This document shows, in pieces, positions 34,565-43,956 of a stretch of DNA of 64,000 nt; the first letter of the stretch is position 1; each line of letters opens with the position of its first letter. Source of the stretch: an uncultured Planctomycetales bacterium (lineage in GTDB: Bacteria; Planctomycetota; MHYJ01; JACPRB01); the NCBI GenBank assembly GCA_964526305.1, contig CAZGKV010000012.1, positions 8,131 through 72,130 on the forward strand, read 5' to 3'. A program made the translations under genes and the position numbers. The notes beneath the pieces were generated by a model that was given only the letters and a program-made list of their open reading frames with translations, was not told the DNA's origin and ran no database searches.

Positions 34565-35697
34565 GGCTTCTCCTTGCATACCGATCGATGAAACGTGCGA
34601 ATCGCTCCGACGACGGCGACGCGAAGGCCGGCGGAGGGCGATGGGGCCAGCCCGCGGCCCATGCGCTCGATCTGCCACTGGTACCATAGGCCGATGGCCG
34701 CCGCTTGGAGGGGCGCGAGAGTGAAACCGGCCGAGAGCCCGCGCGAGGCTCTCGAGGTTCCCGAGAGTACGCGGGCGGGGAAGTCCGGCTCGATGGCCAT
34801 CGGCCTCGCCAGGCCGACGACGTCGATCGCGCCTCCCGCGACCGCCGCTCGCATCGCCTCCGCCGTTCGGAACCCTCCGGTGAGCATGAGAGGCATCCGT
34901 GCCGTCGCGCGGACCCGTTCCGCGTATTCGAGAAAGTACGCCTCGCGCGCTCGGGTGCTGTGCGCGTGGGGGAAGAGAGACCACATCGCCGGGCGTTCGT
35001 AGGTTCCCCCGCTGATCTCGAGCAAGTCGACGCTCTCTTCGTTGAGCGCGCGGACGGTGTCCACCGACTCCTCGGCGGTAAAGCCGCCTCGTTGGAAATC
35101 GGCGGAATTCAGCTTGAGCCCGACCGCGAAGTTCGATCCCACCGCCGCGCGGACGGCGCGGAGGATCTCGAGGAGAAACCTCCGCCGGCGCTCGGGCGAT
35201 CCTCCCCAGCCGTCGGTTCGAAGGTTCGACCGCGGCGAGAGGAACTGGCTGATGAGATAGCCGTGGGCCGCGTGGATCTGGACGCCCGAGAAACCGGCGC
35301 GGGCGGCGACGGATGCGGTCGTAGCGAAGCGTCGGATGATCTCTCGAATCTCGGGCTCCGAAAGTGCGCGAGGAGGGGCGAAGGCGGGTCCGACTCCCTC
35401 GAGCGGGACGACGGAAGGGGCGACGGGATGGGTGCCCCGGATGCGCCCCGCCTGGCGCCCCGGGTGGTTGATCTGCATCCAAATCGGAACCGGTCGGGCC
35501 GAGCGGGCCCACGCTGCGAGGCCTTCGAAGTCTCGCTCGTCCTCCACCGCGACGTTGCCGGGCTCTCCGAGGGCTCGGCGGTCGACCATGACGTTGCCCG
35601 TGATGAGAAGGCCCGCGCCTCCCCTCGCCCATCGTGCGTAGAGACGCTCGAGGGCCGGGGTGGGCGCGTGGCGCTCATCGCCGAGCTGCTCGCTCAT
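34561..35697 (-). CDS. NADH:flavin oxidoreductase / Old Yellow Enzyme family
   Basis: OYE TIM-barrel motifs (QINHPGRQ, HAAHGYLISQFLSPRSN, GGFRT), 378 aa. The ORF in the list is extended by a spurious N-terminus. Confidence 0.8.
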   Translation of the reverse strand: MSEQLGDERHAPTPALERLYARWARGGAGLLITGNVMVDRRALGEPGNVAVEDERDFEGLAAWARSARPVPIWMQINHPGRQAGRIRGTHPVAPSVVPLEGVGPAFAPPRALSEPEIREIIRRFATTASVAARAGFSGVQIHAAHGYLISQFLSPRSNLRTDGWGGSPERRRRFLLEILRAVRAAVGSNFAVGLKLNSADFQRGGFTAEESVDTVRALNEESVDLLEISGGTYERPAMWSLFPHAHSTRAREAYFLEYAERVRATARMPLMLTGGFRTAEAMRAAVAGGAIDVVGLARPMAIEPDFPARVLSGTSRASRGLSAGFTLAPLQAAAIGLWYQWQIERMGRGLAPSPSAGLRVAVVGAIRTFHRSVCKEKP

Positions 35698-35765
35698 CGC
35701 CGCCTTGGCGATGCGGTTGGGAAGGGCCGCGCCGCACGGAAGGCGAAGCGGGACGCGGAGAGGGC

Positions 35766-36002
35766 TCACTTCGGCCTCAGACCCAGGATACCCCCAACGG
35801 CCCCCGCGAGGCCCTCGGCGCGGAGGAGTCCTACACAGCAGATCTCGCCGCCGCAATCGAGGGTGACGATGGCGAGCTTCTCTCCGGGACGGAAGCCGGC
35901 CCGCTCCCGCACCTCCTTGGGAAGAACGATTTGTCCCCGGGCGTCCATGGCGGTCATCCCGGCGACGGAACAGCACGCGGAACTCTTGGCGGTGTGTTTC
36001 AT
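35766..36002 (-). CDS. AbrB/MazE/SpoVT-family DNA-binding protein (Cys-rich)
   Basis: GQIVLPKEVRERAGFRPGEKL swapped-hairpin motif. Contains CC pairs (SACCS, GEICCVG). First gene of the AbrB-OYE-MTase operon on the minus strand. Start codon uncertain. Confidence 0.55.
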   Translation of the reverse strand: MKHTAKSSACCSVAGMTAMDARGQIVLPKEVRERAGFRPGEKLAIVTLDCGGEICCVGLLRAEGLAGAVGGILGLRPK

Positions 36003-36089
36003 GACAATCTCCATGTATTCAGCATAATCAGAACGATCAGAATATGCAAATTCATCCACGAATGCAAGAGCGATCGGGTCGCGGTCCCC

Positions 36090-36118
36090 TTGACTTGTCC
36101 CGCCCTCACGGATATAGT
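36090..36118 (+). promoter_or_regulatory. sigma70-like promoter of thrS operon (TTGACT-17 nt-TATAGT), predicts near-leaderless thrS mRNA
   Basis: -35 box 36090-36095, -10 box 36113-36118. ATG of thrS at 36129. Upstream sequence is AT-rich. Confidence 0.55.
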
Positions 36119-36128
36119 TTTTCCCCCT

Positions 36129-38057
36129 ATGTCCGTACGAGTCCGTCTGCCCGACGGGAGCGTCCGCGAGGTCCCGGACGGCTCCACCGCGTTCGACGTC
36201 GCCCAGTCCATCTCCAAGGGTCTGGCGAAGGCGTCGATCGCCGCCAAGGTGAACGGCGAGGTGTGGGACCTATCGCGGCGGCTTCCGGCCGAGTGCGATC
36301 TGGTCCTCCTCAAAGAGGACAGCCCCGAGGCTCTCGAAGTGAAGCGGCACTCGGGGGCGCACATTCTGGCGGGCGCGGTGCGCCGTCTCTTCGGAGCCGA
36401 GGCGATATTCGGCGTCGGTCCCCCCGTGGACGACGGCTTCTACTACGACATCGAATTCCCCGCCAAAATCTCCGAGGACGATCTGGCCCGGATCGAGGCG
36501 GAGATGCGGAAGATCGTGCAGGAAAACGTTCCGTTCGTCCGCGAGGACCTTCCGAAGGACGAGGTCGTGCGGCGGATGGGGGAGATGGGACAGAAGTACA
36601 AGCTGGAGATCCTCAAGGGCATTCCGGATGCGACCGCGTCCCTCTATACCGACGGGGATTTCGTGGACCTGTGCGAGGGACCGCACGTCCCCTCCACCGG
36701 TCGGATCGGGGCCTTCAAGCTGGACCGACTCACCGGCGCCTACTGGAGGGGCGACGCGAACAATCCGATGCTCACCCGCGTCTACGGTCTCCTGTTTCGC
36801 GACCAGAAAGAGCTCGACGCATTCGTTCACGCGCGGGAGGAAGCGAAGAAGCGCGACCACCGAAAACTCGGTCAGGAGCTGGAGTTGTTCCAGTTCCACG
36901 ACTGGAGTCCGGGCGCGGTCTTCTTCCTCCCCAAGGGGACGGTCGTCTACAACGAGCTCCTGGCCTTCGTGCGGGAGGAGTACCGAAAGCGCGGCTTCCA
37001 GGAAGTCCTGACCCCGCAGCTCTACAACAAGGCTCTCTGGGAACTCTCCGGCCACTGGGAGCACTACCGCGAGAACATGTTCCTGCTCAAGATCGACGAG
37101 GAAGAGTTCTCGCTCAAGCCGATGAACTGTCCGAGCCACGTCCTGATGTTCAAGCACCGCCGTCGGAGCTATCGCGAACTTCCGATGCGGCTGGCGGACT
37201 TCTGCCCGCTCCATCGGAACGAGCTTCGGGGGGTCCTGGCCGGGCTGACCCGGGTGCGGAAATTCGAGCAGGACGACGCCCACATCTTCTGCACCCCCGA
37301 GCAGATCGAGGGCGAGATTCGCGGGCAGATCGATTTCGTGAATCACGTGTACGGACGCGTGTTCCGGATGCCCTTCGCCGCCCGACTCGCGACCCGCCCG
37401 CCGAAGTTCCTCGGCGAGGTCGAGACTTGGAACCATGCGGAAGCGGCGCTGGAGAAGGCGTTGAAGGAATACGGCGTCTCCTACACCGTGGATGCCGGAG
37501 GCGGCGCCTTCTACGGTCCGAAGATCGATTTCGACATGAGGGACGCACTCGGTCGCCCGTGGCAGCTCTCCACCATTCAACTCGATTTCCAGCTTCCCCA
37601 ACGAATGGACGCCAAGTACGAGGGGCCGGACGGAAAGTATCACCATCCCGTCATCCTTCACCGGGCCATCCTCGGTTCCCTTCAACGCTTCATCGGCGTG
37701 CTCACCGAACACTATGGCGGGGAGTTTCCGCTTTGGCTGTCGCCGGTTCAGGCCGTCGTACTCCCGGTGACCGACAAGGAGGATGAATATGCCCGGCGGG
37801 TGCTACAGAAGCTCGTGGACGCCGGCGTACGCTGCGAATTAGATTTGTCCAACGACCGCATCTCGTATAAGATCAGAAACTCGCAGCTCCAGAAGGTCCC
37901 CTACATGCTCGTAGTCGGCGCCAGGGAGCGCGAGGCCGGAACCGTCGCCGTCCGCGAACGGAAGCGGGGGGACGTCGGTCCGGTACCGTTGGAGGATTTC
38001 GTGGTGAATTTGAGGAGGGAGATTGGCTTTTCCCAGAACCCCGCCGCCCAAGCCTGA
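36129..38057 (+). CDS. thrS: threonyl-tRNA synthetase
   Basis: TGS N-terminal domain, class II motifs (HRNELRG, FEQDDAHIFC), C-terminal anticodon-binding domain, 642 aa. Confidence 0.92.
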   Translation: MSVRVRLPDGSVREVPDGSTAFDVAQSISKGLAKASIAAKVNGEVWDLSRRLPAECDLVLLKEDSPEALEVKRHSGAHILAGAVRRLFGAEAIFGVGPPVDDGFYYDIEFPAKISEDDLARIEAEMRKIVQENVPFVREDLPKDEVVRRMGEMGQKYKLEILKGIPDATASLYTDGDFVDLCEGPHVPSTGRIGAFKLDRLTGAYWRGDANNPMLTRVYGLLFRDQKELDAFVHAREEAKKRDHRKLGQELELFQFHDWSPGAVFFLPKGTVVYNELLAFVREEYRKRGFQEVLTPQLYNKALWELSGHWEHYRENMFLLKIDEEEFSLKPMNCPSHVLMFKHRRRSYRELPMRLADFCPLHRNELRGVLAGLTRVRKFEQDDAHIFCTPEQIEGEIRGQIDFVNHVYGRVFRMPFAARLATRPPKFLGEVETWNHAEAALEKALKEYGVSYTVDAGGGAFYGPKIDFDMRDALGRPWQLSTIQLDFQLPQRMDAKYEGPDGKYHHPVILHRAILGSLQRFIGVLTEHYGGEFPLWLSPVQAVVLPVTDKEDEYARRVLQKLVDAGVRCELDLSNDRISYKIRNSQLQKVPYMLVVGAREREAGTVAVRERKRGDVGPVPLEDFVVNLRREIGFSQNPAAQA

Positions 38058-38709
38058 GCATCGGCTTAACGACCAGATCCGAGTCCGGCAGGTGCGGCTG
38101 ATCGACGAGAACGGACAAATGGTCGGCGTGGTGCCGACGGACCAGGCGCGGTTGCTGGCGCGCGAGCGGGGATACGACCTCGTGGAGGTCTCGCCGGATG
38201 CGGTCCCGCCGGTGTGCAAGCTGCTCGACTACGGGAAATTCAAGTACGAGCAGAAGAAGAAGAACCGGAAGGCCAAGAAGACCCATCACGTGCAGGTGCT
38301 CAAGGAAGTGCGTCTCCGTCCGCTGACGGAGGAACACGATTTCTTGACGAAGGTGAAGCACGCGCGCCAGTTCCTCGAGGAGGGAGACAAAGTGCTCTTC
38401 ACGGTCTTCTTCAAGGGGAGGGAGCAGGCCCACAAGGAAATCGGGCGCGTGATGATGGAGCGGATCAAGAAGGAGCTGGACGAGGTCGCAAAGGTGGAGC
38501 GCGACGTCAGTATGCTGGGTCCGCGGATGCAGATGCAGATGACGCCGAAGCCGGGGGTGAAGCCGAAGTCGTCCGCCGAGAAAGGGAAGTCGGAGGAAGA
38601 GCCGACGGAGGAGGCGACCCCCACCGATCCTACGGAGGCGGCGACGCCGGACCAGACGCAGGTGGAAGTTCCGAAAGGAGATCCCGGTGCCGAAGCTCAA
38701 GACCAATAA
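38023..38709 (+). CDS. infC: translation initiation factor IF-3 with extended low-complexity C-terminal tail
   Basis: [19 protein letters not shown] and [11 protein letters not shown] motifs. TTG 38023 lies 3-4 nt after GGAGGG. Overlaps the thrS 3' end, as is usual for infC. Confidence 0.8.
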   Translation: MAFPRTPPPKPEHRLNDQIRVRQVRLIDENGQMVGVVPTDQARLLARERGYDLVEVSPDAVPPVCKLLDYGKFKYEQKKKNRKAKKTHHVQVLKEVRLRPLTEEHDFLTKVKHARQFLEEGDKVLFTVFFKGREQAHKEIGRVMMERIKKELDEVAKVERDVSMLGPRMQMQMTPKPGVKPKSSAEKGKSEEEPTEEATPTDPTEAATPDQTQVEVPKGDPGAEAQDQ

Positions 38710-38887
38710 GGCGGCCAAGAAGCGATTCAAGATTACCTCGACAGGCAAGGTGCTCTACCGCCCGGCCGGAAAGAAGCACCTGATGTCCGGCAAGGCCGCC
38801 AAGCGGCGGCGGAAGATGCGCCGGTGGCGCCATTTCGACGGCGTGCACGACGGCAAGGATATTCTGCGGATCACCGGGAACCAGTAA
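38687..38887 (+). CDS. rpmI: 50S ribosomal protein L35
   Basis: [22 protein letters not shown], 66 aa. Confidence 0.9.
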   Translation: MPKLKTNKAAKKRFKITSTGKVLYRPAGKKHLMSGKAAKRRRKMRRWRHFDGVHDGKDILRITGNQ

Positions 38888-38896
38888 GAGGAAGCC

Positions 38897-39250
38897 ATGA
38901 GAATCAGCAGCGGGCCCGCCCGACGTCGGCGCAACAAGAAAATCCTCAAGCGGGCCAAGGGATATCGGTCCGGACGGCACCGCCTCCTTCGGGCGGCGAA
39001 GGAAACCGTCATGCGCGCCCAGGCGTACGGCTTCGGCGGACGAAGGATCAAGAAGCGGGACTACCGGTCGATGTGGATCGTCCGAATCAACGCCGCTTGC
39101 GAGGCGCGCGGCCTTCCCTATCACCGGTTCATCAACGGTCTCAAGAAGGCCAACGTGCAGGTCAACCGGAAATGGATGGCCGAGTTGGCCATCTCGGACA
39201 CCAAGGCGTTCGACGAACTGGTCGAAACGGCGAAAAAGGCGCTTGCCTAG
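38897..39250 (+). CDS. rplT: 50S ribosomal protein L20
   Basis: RRRRNKKILKRAKGYRS...RINAACEARGLPY, 117 aa. Confidence 0.92.
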   Translation: MRISSGPARRRRNKKILKRAKGYRSGRHRLLRAAKETVMRAQAYGFGGRRIKKRDYRSMWIVRINAACEARGLPYHRFINGLKKANVQVNRKWMAELAISDTKAFDELVETAKKALA

Positions 39251-39396
39251 CCGGCGGCGACGGGCAACAGGGTGTTGCCGTTCCTGCCGCCGGGGCTGTC
39301 CAGCGGAATCGGCCTGGAGGGCCGATAAAGCTGCCCGGAGGGTGACTTGTTCATTCGGGCGGCGGAGCCCGGAGGAACAAGTCAGGCTACTTTCGC

Positions 39397-40389
39397 ATGG
39401 ACCTCGAGAAGCGAATCTCGGAGATTCGACGGCAGTTCGAAGCGGACGGAGGAATCCCCCCCGAAAAGCTCCGCGCCAAGTATCTCGGCCGCGACGGAGC
39501 GGTACGCGAACTCTTCGGTCTCCTTGGGAAGGTACCTCCGGACGAAAAAGCCTCGGCCGGCAAGCGTCTGAACGAGCTCAAGTCGGAACTTGAGCGTCTC
39601 ATCGACGGCCTCCCTTCCGCAGTGCCGGTCGCTCCCGGACCGGTCGTGGACCTGAGCCTGCCGGGCCGGGCTCCCGAGCCCGGTCGTCGTCATCCTGTCT
39701 ATCGCACTTGGGATGAGATCGTTCGACTTTTCCAGCGGCTTGGCTTCGAGGTCGTCTACGGGCCCGAGATCGAGACCGAGTACCACAATTTCGAGGCGCT
39801 GAACATTCCGCTCGAACATCCGTCGCGGGACGCCTTCGACACTTTCTACGTTCGGAAGCCGTACCTCTTGCGGTCGCACACCTCCCCCGTGCAGATCCGA
39901 ACGATGAAGGAGCGCACGCCTCCCATTCGCGTGATCGCGCCGGGGAAGGTCTTCCGTCCGGACAAGCCCGACGCGGGTCACTCGCCCATGTTCCATCAAG
40001 TCGAGGGCCTGATGATCGGCGAGGACGTCACTTTCGCCAAGCTCAAGGGAGTGCTGGAGCTCTTCGCGATGTCAATGTGGGGCGCGGATACGAAGATTCG
40101 GTTTCGCCCCAGCTTCTTCCCCTTCACGGAACCCAGCGCCGAGGTGGACGTCTCGTGTTTCATCTGCGGGGCCAAGGGGTGCCCGGCGTGTAAGGGTTCC
40201 GGCTGGATGGAAATCCTGGGAAGCGGAATGGTCCACCCCAAGGTGTTGGAGAATTGCGGGATCGACTCCGAGCGCTTCACCGGGTTCGCGTTCGGAATGG
40301 GGGTGGAAAGGATCGCGATGCTCAAGTACGGGATCCCCGACATTCGGCTGTTTTATGAAAACCACCTTGCGTTCTTGAGGCAGTTCTGA
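39397..40389 (+). CDS. pheS: phenylalanyl-tRNA synthetase alpha subunit
   Basis: Class II motifs (FRPSFFPFTEPSAEVD, GSGMVHP, FAFGMGVERIAMLKYG), 330 aa. Confidence 0.92.
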   Translation: MDLEKRISEIRRQFEADGGIPPEKLRAKYLGRDGAVRELFGLLGKVPPDEKASAGKRLNELKSELERLIDGLPSAVPVAPGPVVDLSLPGRAPEPGRRHPVYRTWDEIVRLFQRLGFEVVYGPEIETEYHNFEALNIPLEHPSRDAFDTFYVRKPYLLRSHTSPVQIRTMKERTPPIRVIAPGKVFRPDKPDAGHSPMFHQVEGLMIGEDVTFAKLKGVLELFAMSMWGADTKIRFRPSFFPFTEPSAEVDVSCFICGAKGCPACKGSGWMEILGSGMVHPKVLENCGIDSERFTGFAFGMGVERIAMLKYGIPDIRLFYENHLAFLRQF

Positions 40390-42230
40390 GAATCCCTCTT
40401 TCCTGGTTGCGGGACTACGTCGACGTCGGCTCCCCGGCCGAGGTCGCCAAGACGCTGACCTTCGCGGGCGTCGGGATCGAGTCCATCGAAGGGGACGTCC
40501 TCGAGCTCGAGATCACGGCGAACCGGGCCGATCTCCTCTCGGTGTTGGGCGTCGCCCGCGAGATCGGACTCCTCACGGGTCGGCCCGTTCGCGAACCGGA
40601 CGTCCGGTATGCCGAAGCGGACGCCCGGTCCGTACCCGTGCGCGTGGAAGACCGTATCCTCTGCCCGCGGTACATCGCCCGATGCGTAAGCGGCGTCCGG
40701 GTGGCCCCTTCGCCCCCGTGGATGCAGGAGAGGCTTGCGGCCGCGGGACTCCGGCCGGTGAACAACATCGTCGACATCACGAACTTCGTTCTTCTCGAAT
40801 GCGGACAGCCGCTTCATGCGTTCGATCTCGCCGTCCTACGGGGACCGGAAATCGTCGTGCGGCGCGGATGCGGGGAGAAGATGACCGCCATCGACGGAAA
40901 GGTGTGCGAGCTCGACCGCGAAATGCTCGTCATCGCGGATCGGGAACGCCCCGTCGCGATCGCGGGAATCATGGGCGGACGAGAGAGCGAGATCTCCGAG
41001 AGGACGCGCGACGTGCTTCTCGAGAGCGCGCAGTTCGATCCGGTCTCGATTCGCCGGACCTCGCGGCGTCTGGGACTTACCAGCGAATCCAGCTACCGCT
41101 TCGAGCGGGGCGTCGATTGGTCGGCGGTGGAATGGGCTTCCCAGCGGGCGGTGCAGCTCGTGGCGGAGATGGCGGGGGGGACGGTCGGCTCGGGAGCGGT
41201 CGATGTCGCCCCGGAGGCCCCCCAGCTGCGAACCATCGCGTTTCGACCGGCCCGCGTCGCTCGAGTCCTCGGGTTGGATTTCCCGGAGTCCCGAATCCGC
41301 GAGATTCTGGATCGTCTCGGATGCCGGCGGCAGGGCGAAGCGCTGATCCCACCGGCTCGACGCCGCGATCTCAAGTCGGAGATCGACCTCATCGAAGAGA
41401 TCGCGCGCGTGGAGGGGTACGATCGGGTCCCCTCGGATACGAATCTCGGCACGCGCGTCGTCACGGATCGCCGGGAGGATCTCGTGCGCGAGGAAATCCG
41501 AACGGCCCTCACCTCCATGGGCTGCTTCGAGGCGCTGACCTGGAGTTTCTCGGAGGTTCGGGACGATCGATGGGCGGCGGGCGAGCCCGTCGCGCTCCGG
41601 GATCCGGCAGGTCAGGTCTACCGGCGCCTTCGGAAGTCCCTGGGAGCGGCCCTGGTGGAAGTCCTCCGGACCAACGAGAGCTATAAGGAACCGCTCGCTC
41701 CGGTCTTCGAGATCGCCAAGGTGTACTTCGAGCACGGAGAGGATTTCGGAGAGCGAACGCTTCTCGGGATCGCCACTCCGGAGGGGTACCAGCATCTCAA
41801 GGGACTCGTCGAGCGAACCCTCGGGCGGGTCGGCTTGGGATTGCGGGACGTGACGGCGCACCTGTCCGAGGCGGGCGTCGCAGAGATCGACTTCGAGGAG
41901 GTCGTCGCTAAGGCGCGTCTCGAGCGGTCCTTCCGGGACTTCTCTCGAAAGCCGCTGGTCGCCCGCGACCTCGCCGTCGTCTTGGACGACGCGGTCTCCT
42001 GGTCCGATCTGGAGTCGTGCGTCCGTGCCGCCGCTCCCTCGAACCTGGAGCGATTGGATTTCTTCGACGTCTACCGCGGCAAGCCCGTGCCCCCTGGAAG
42101 GAAGAGCGTGGCGTTCTCGATGACGTTTCGCGCCCCGGACCGCACGCTCACGGGAGAAGAAGTGGACGGCGCCGTGCGGAGAATCGTCGAGGCGATAACG
42201 GCGAAGCTTCGGGGACAACTTCGTTCCTGA
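40386..42230 (+). CDS. pheT: phenylalanyl-tRNA synthetase beta subunit (short form lacking N-terminal OB-fold tRNA-binding domain; start codon uncertain)
   Basis: B3/4, B5 and FDX-ACB domain motifs (TANRADLLSVLGVAREI, GIMGG, FDVYRGK). The conserved LSWLRDYV N-terminus is encoded in-frame upstream of the first canonical start (TTG 40407). No ATG/GTG/TTG lies between the in-frame stop at 40356 and 40407. Confidence 0.8.
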   Translation: MRIPLSWLRDYVDVGSPAEVAKTLTFAGVGIESIEGDVLELEITANRADLLSVLGVAREIGLLTGRPVREPDVRYAEADARSVPVRVEDRILCPRYIARCVSGVRVAPSPPWMQERLAAAGLRPVNNIVDITNFVLLECGQPLHAFDLAVLRGPEIVVRRGCGEKMTAIDGKVCELDREMLVIADRERPVAIAGIMGGRESEISERTRDVLLESAQFDPVSIRRTSRRLGLTSESSYRFERGVDWSAVEWASQRAVQLVAEMAGGTVGSGAVDVAPEAPQLRTIAFRPARVARVLGLDFPESRIREILDRLGCRRQGEALIPPARRRDLKSEIDLIEEIARVEGYDRVPSDTNLGTRVVTDRREDLVREEIRTALTSMGCFEALTWSFSEVRDDRWAAGEPVALRDPAGQVYRRLRKSLGAALVEVLRTNESYKEPLAPVFEIAKVYFEHGEDFGERTLLGIATPEGYQHLKGLVERTLGRVGLGLRDVTAHLSEAGVAEIDFEEVVAKARLERSFRDFSRKPLVARDLAVVLDDAVSWSDLESCVRAAAPSNLERLDFFDVYRGKPVPPGRKSVAFSMTFRAPDRTLTGEEVDGAVRRIVEAITAKLRGQLRS

Positions 42231-42299
42231 CCCAGTCGATTTCGCCACCCTCCTCCGCCGCTTGCGAGTACCATTCTCGTACCCGGGGAATCCAGAATC

Positions 42300-43886
42300 G
42301 TGGAAGATCGGCGACTCTCTACTTGTGCCGGCTGGGCTTCCGAGGCCGTCTTCGCACCCGAAGGCCGCTCGGTCGCCTTCGTCGAGGAACGAGGCTCGGC
42401 CCGTCGCATCGTAATCGACGAGACTCCGGGCGAGTGGTTCGACGAAGTGCGTACTCCGTTTTTCAGCGCCGATGGTTCGCTCTGTTCCTACGGGGCCCGA
42501 AGGGATAGTACCTGGACCGTCGTCACCAACGGCCGGCCGGGCGAAGCGCTGGAGGAACTCGGACTCCTCGGTCTCGATTCCGCGGAACGCGAGGTGTATT
42601 ACTTCGCCAAGATCTCCGGATTCGTTTTCTGCGTCGGAGGGGGGGAACGCCGACAGGCGCAGGGGCGGTTCGCCTCCGCTCGAAGCTACCCGGCCTATTC
42701 CGACGACTTGAAGGTCTACGTTCGCGGAGCGGATGCGCGCGGGATTCCCCGCTTCGGCACCTTCGAAGGTCAAGGCTGCGCCGAATTCGAGGAGATCGGT
42801 TTGTTGTCCTCGTCGCCCGATGAATCGCGACTGGCCTTCACCGCGAAGAAGGGGGGGCGATGGTACGTCGTTCTGGACGGCAAGCGTCGAGGGGCGTACG
42901 ACGGCGTCGCGGGATTGCGGTGGACTCCCGATGGTCGGGAATTGACCTACGCGGTGCGGCAAGGCTGGAAGTGGCGACTCGTCATCGGCGATCAATCCGG
43001 GCCGGAGTTCGACGAAGTCGTCGGGCCGTACTGGAGCCGGGACGGAAAGCGCGTCGCCTACGAAGGCCGCGCCGGGAGTCGTTGGTCCTTCGTCCTGGAC
43101 GGGCGGGTCGGCGCCGCCTTCGATTGGACGATGCACGGAAGTCTACTCTTCAGCCCCGACGGAACTTCCTGCGCCTATCTGGCGGGGCAACGAGATCGGA
43201 CTTTTGCGGTGGTGGACGGTCGTCGAGGAGCAGGCTCGGACGCCATCCGCAGTCTTACCTATTCCCCGGACGGCAAACAGGTGGCCTACGTCGCGCTCCG
43301 GGGAAAGCGCCAAGCGTTTGTCTTGGGGAACGACGTTCTTGCGGAGGCGGACCAGGTATCGCTATTGGGCCTGGAGGAAGGCCCACGGTATGTGACCGTC
43401 GAACGCGGCGCCCACTATTACGTGCGAGGGGATCGAAAGGAGGGCCCTTTCGAAGAGATCAGAGTCGAAGGCGAGTACCCTCGCGGGCCGATCCTGCCGC
43501 TGGCGAGGAAGAACCGCGAGTGGCTCGTGATGGAGGGCGAGCCTCCAGGCCCCGGCTACGACGAGATATCCCGAGTGACCTATCTCCGGGGGCGAGACGC
43601 GTTCGCCTTCTGCGGACGGCGCGGAGAGCGCTCTCGACTGGTGGTGGGGGGGCGGGAGGAGCCGACGTACGACGCGATCGGCCAAGTCCTTCCCTCCTCG
43701 GACGGGTCCCAGGTGGCCTATGCCGCCCGCTCGGGAGAAGAGTGGTTCCCCGTGATTCGAGGGGAACGAATGGGGAATTCCTGCGACCGGATTTGGGAGC
43801 TTCGCTTCAGTCCGGACGGTCGGCGCCTTCACTGGGGGGCCCAGTGCGGCTCGGAACTTTGGTGGAAAACGGCCCGGATCGGGTGA
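42300..43886 (+). CDS. PD40/WD40-like beta-propeller repeat protein
   Basis: Repeated (F/Y)SPDG(K/R)...(A/V)Y blocks throughout, 528 aa, no signal peptide. GTG start. Confidence 0.6.
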   Translation: MEDRRLSTCAGWASEAVFAPEGRSVAFVEERGSARRIVIDETPGEWFDEVRTPFFSADGSLCSYGARRDSTWTVVTNGRPGEALEELGLLGLDSAEREVYYFAKISGFVFCVGGGERRQAQGRFASARSYPAYSDDLKVYVRGADARGIPRFGTFEGQGCAEFEEIGLLSSSPDESRLAFTAKKGGRWYVVLDGKRRGAYDGVAGLRWTPDGRELTYAVRQGWKWRLVIGDQSGPEFDEVVGPYWSRDGKRVAYEGRAGSRWSFVLDGRVGAAFDWTMHGSLLFSPDGTSCAYLAGQRDRTFAVVDGRRGAGSDAIRSLTYSPDGKQVAYVALRGKRQAFVLGNDVLAEADQVSLLGLEEGPRYVTVERGAHYYVRGDRKEGPFEEIRVEGEYPRGPILPLARKNREWLVMEGEPPGPGYDEISRVTYLRGRDAFAFCGRRGERSRLVVGGREEPTYDAIGQVLPSSDGSQVAYAARSGEEWFPVIRGERMGNSCDRIWELRFSPDGRRLHWGAQCGSELWWKTARIG

Positions 43887-43956
43887 CCTCCGGCGATTTT
43901 GTTGACACTCTCGTCGAACGAGGGCTAGAATCGATGCGGAAGTTTTCCGGGGAGTC

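Noticed and set aside
40836-43136. 766-aa minus-strand ORF
   Set aside because: Antisense to pheT and the PD40 repeat gene. No motifs. A GC-frame artefact.
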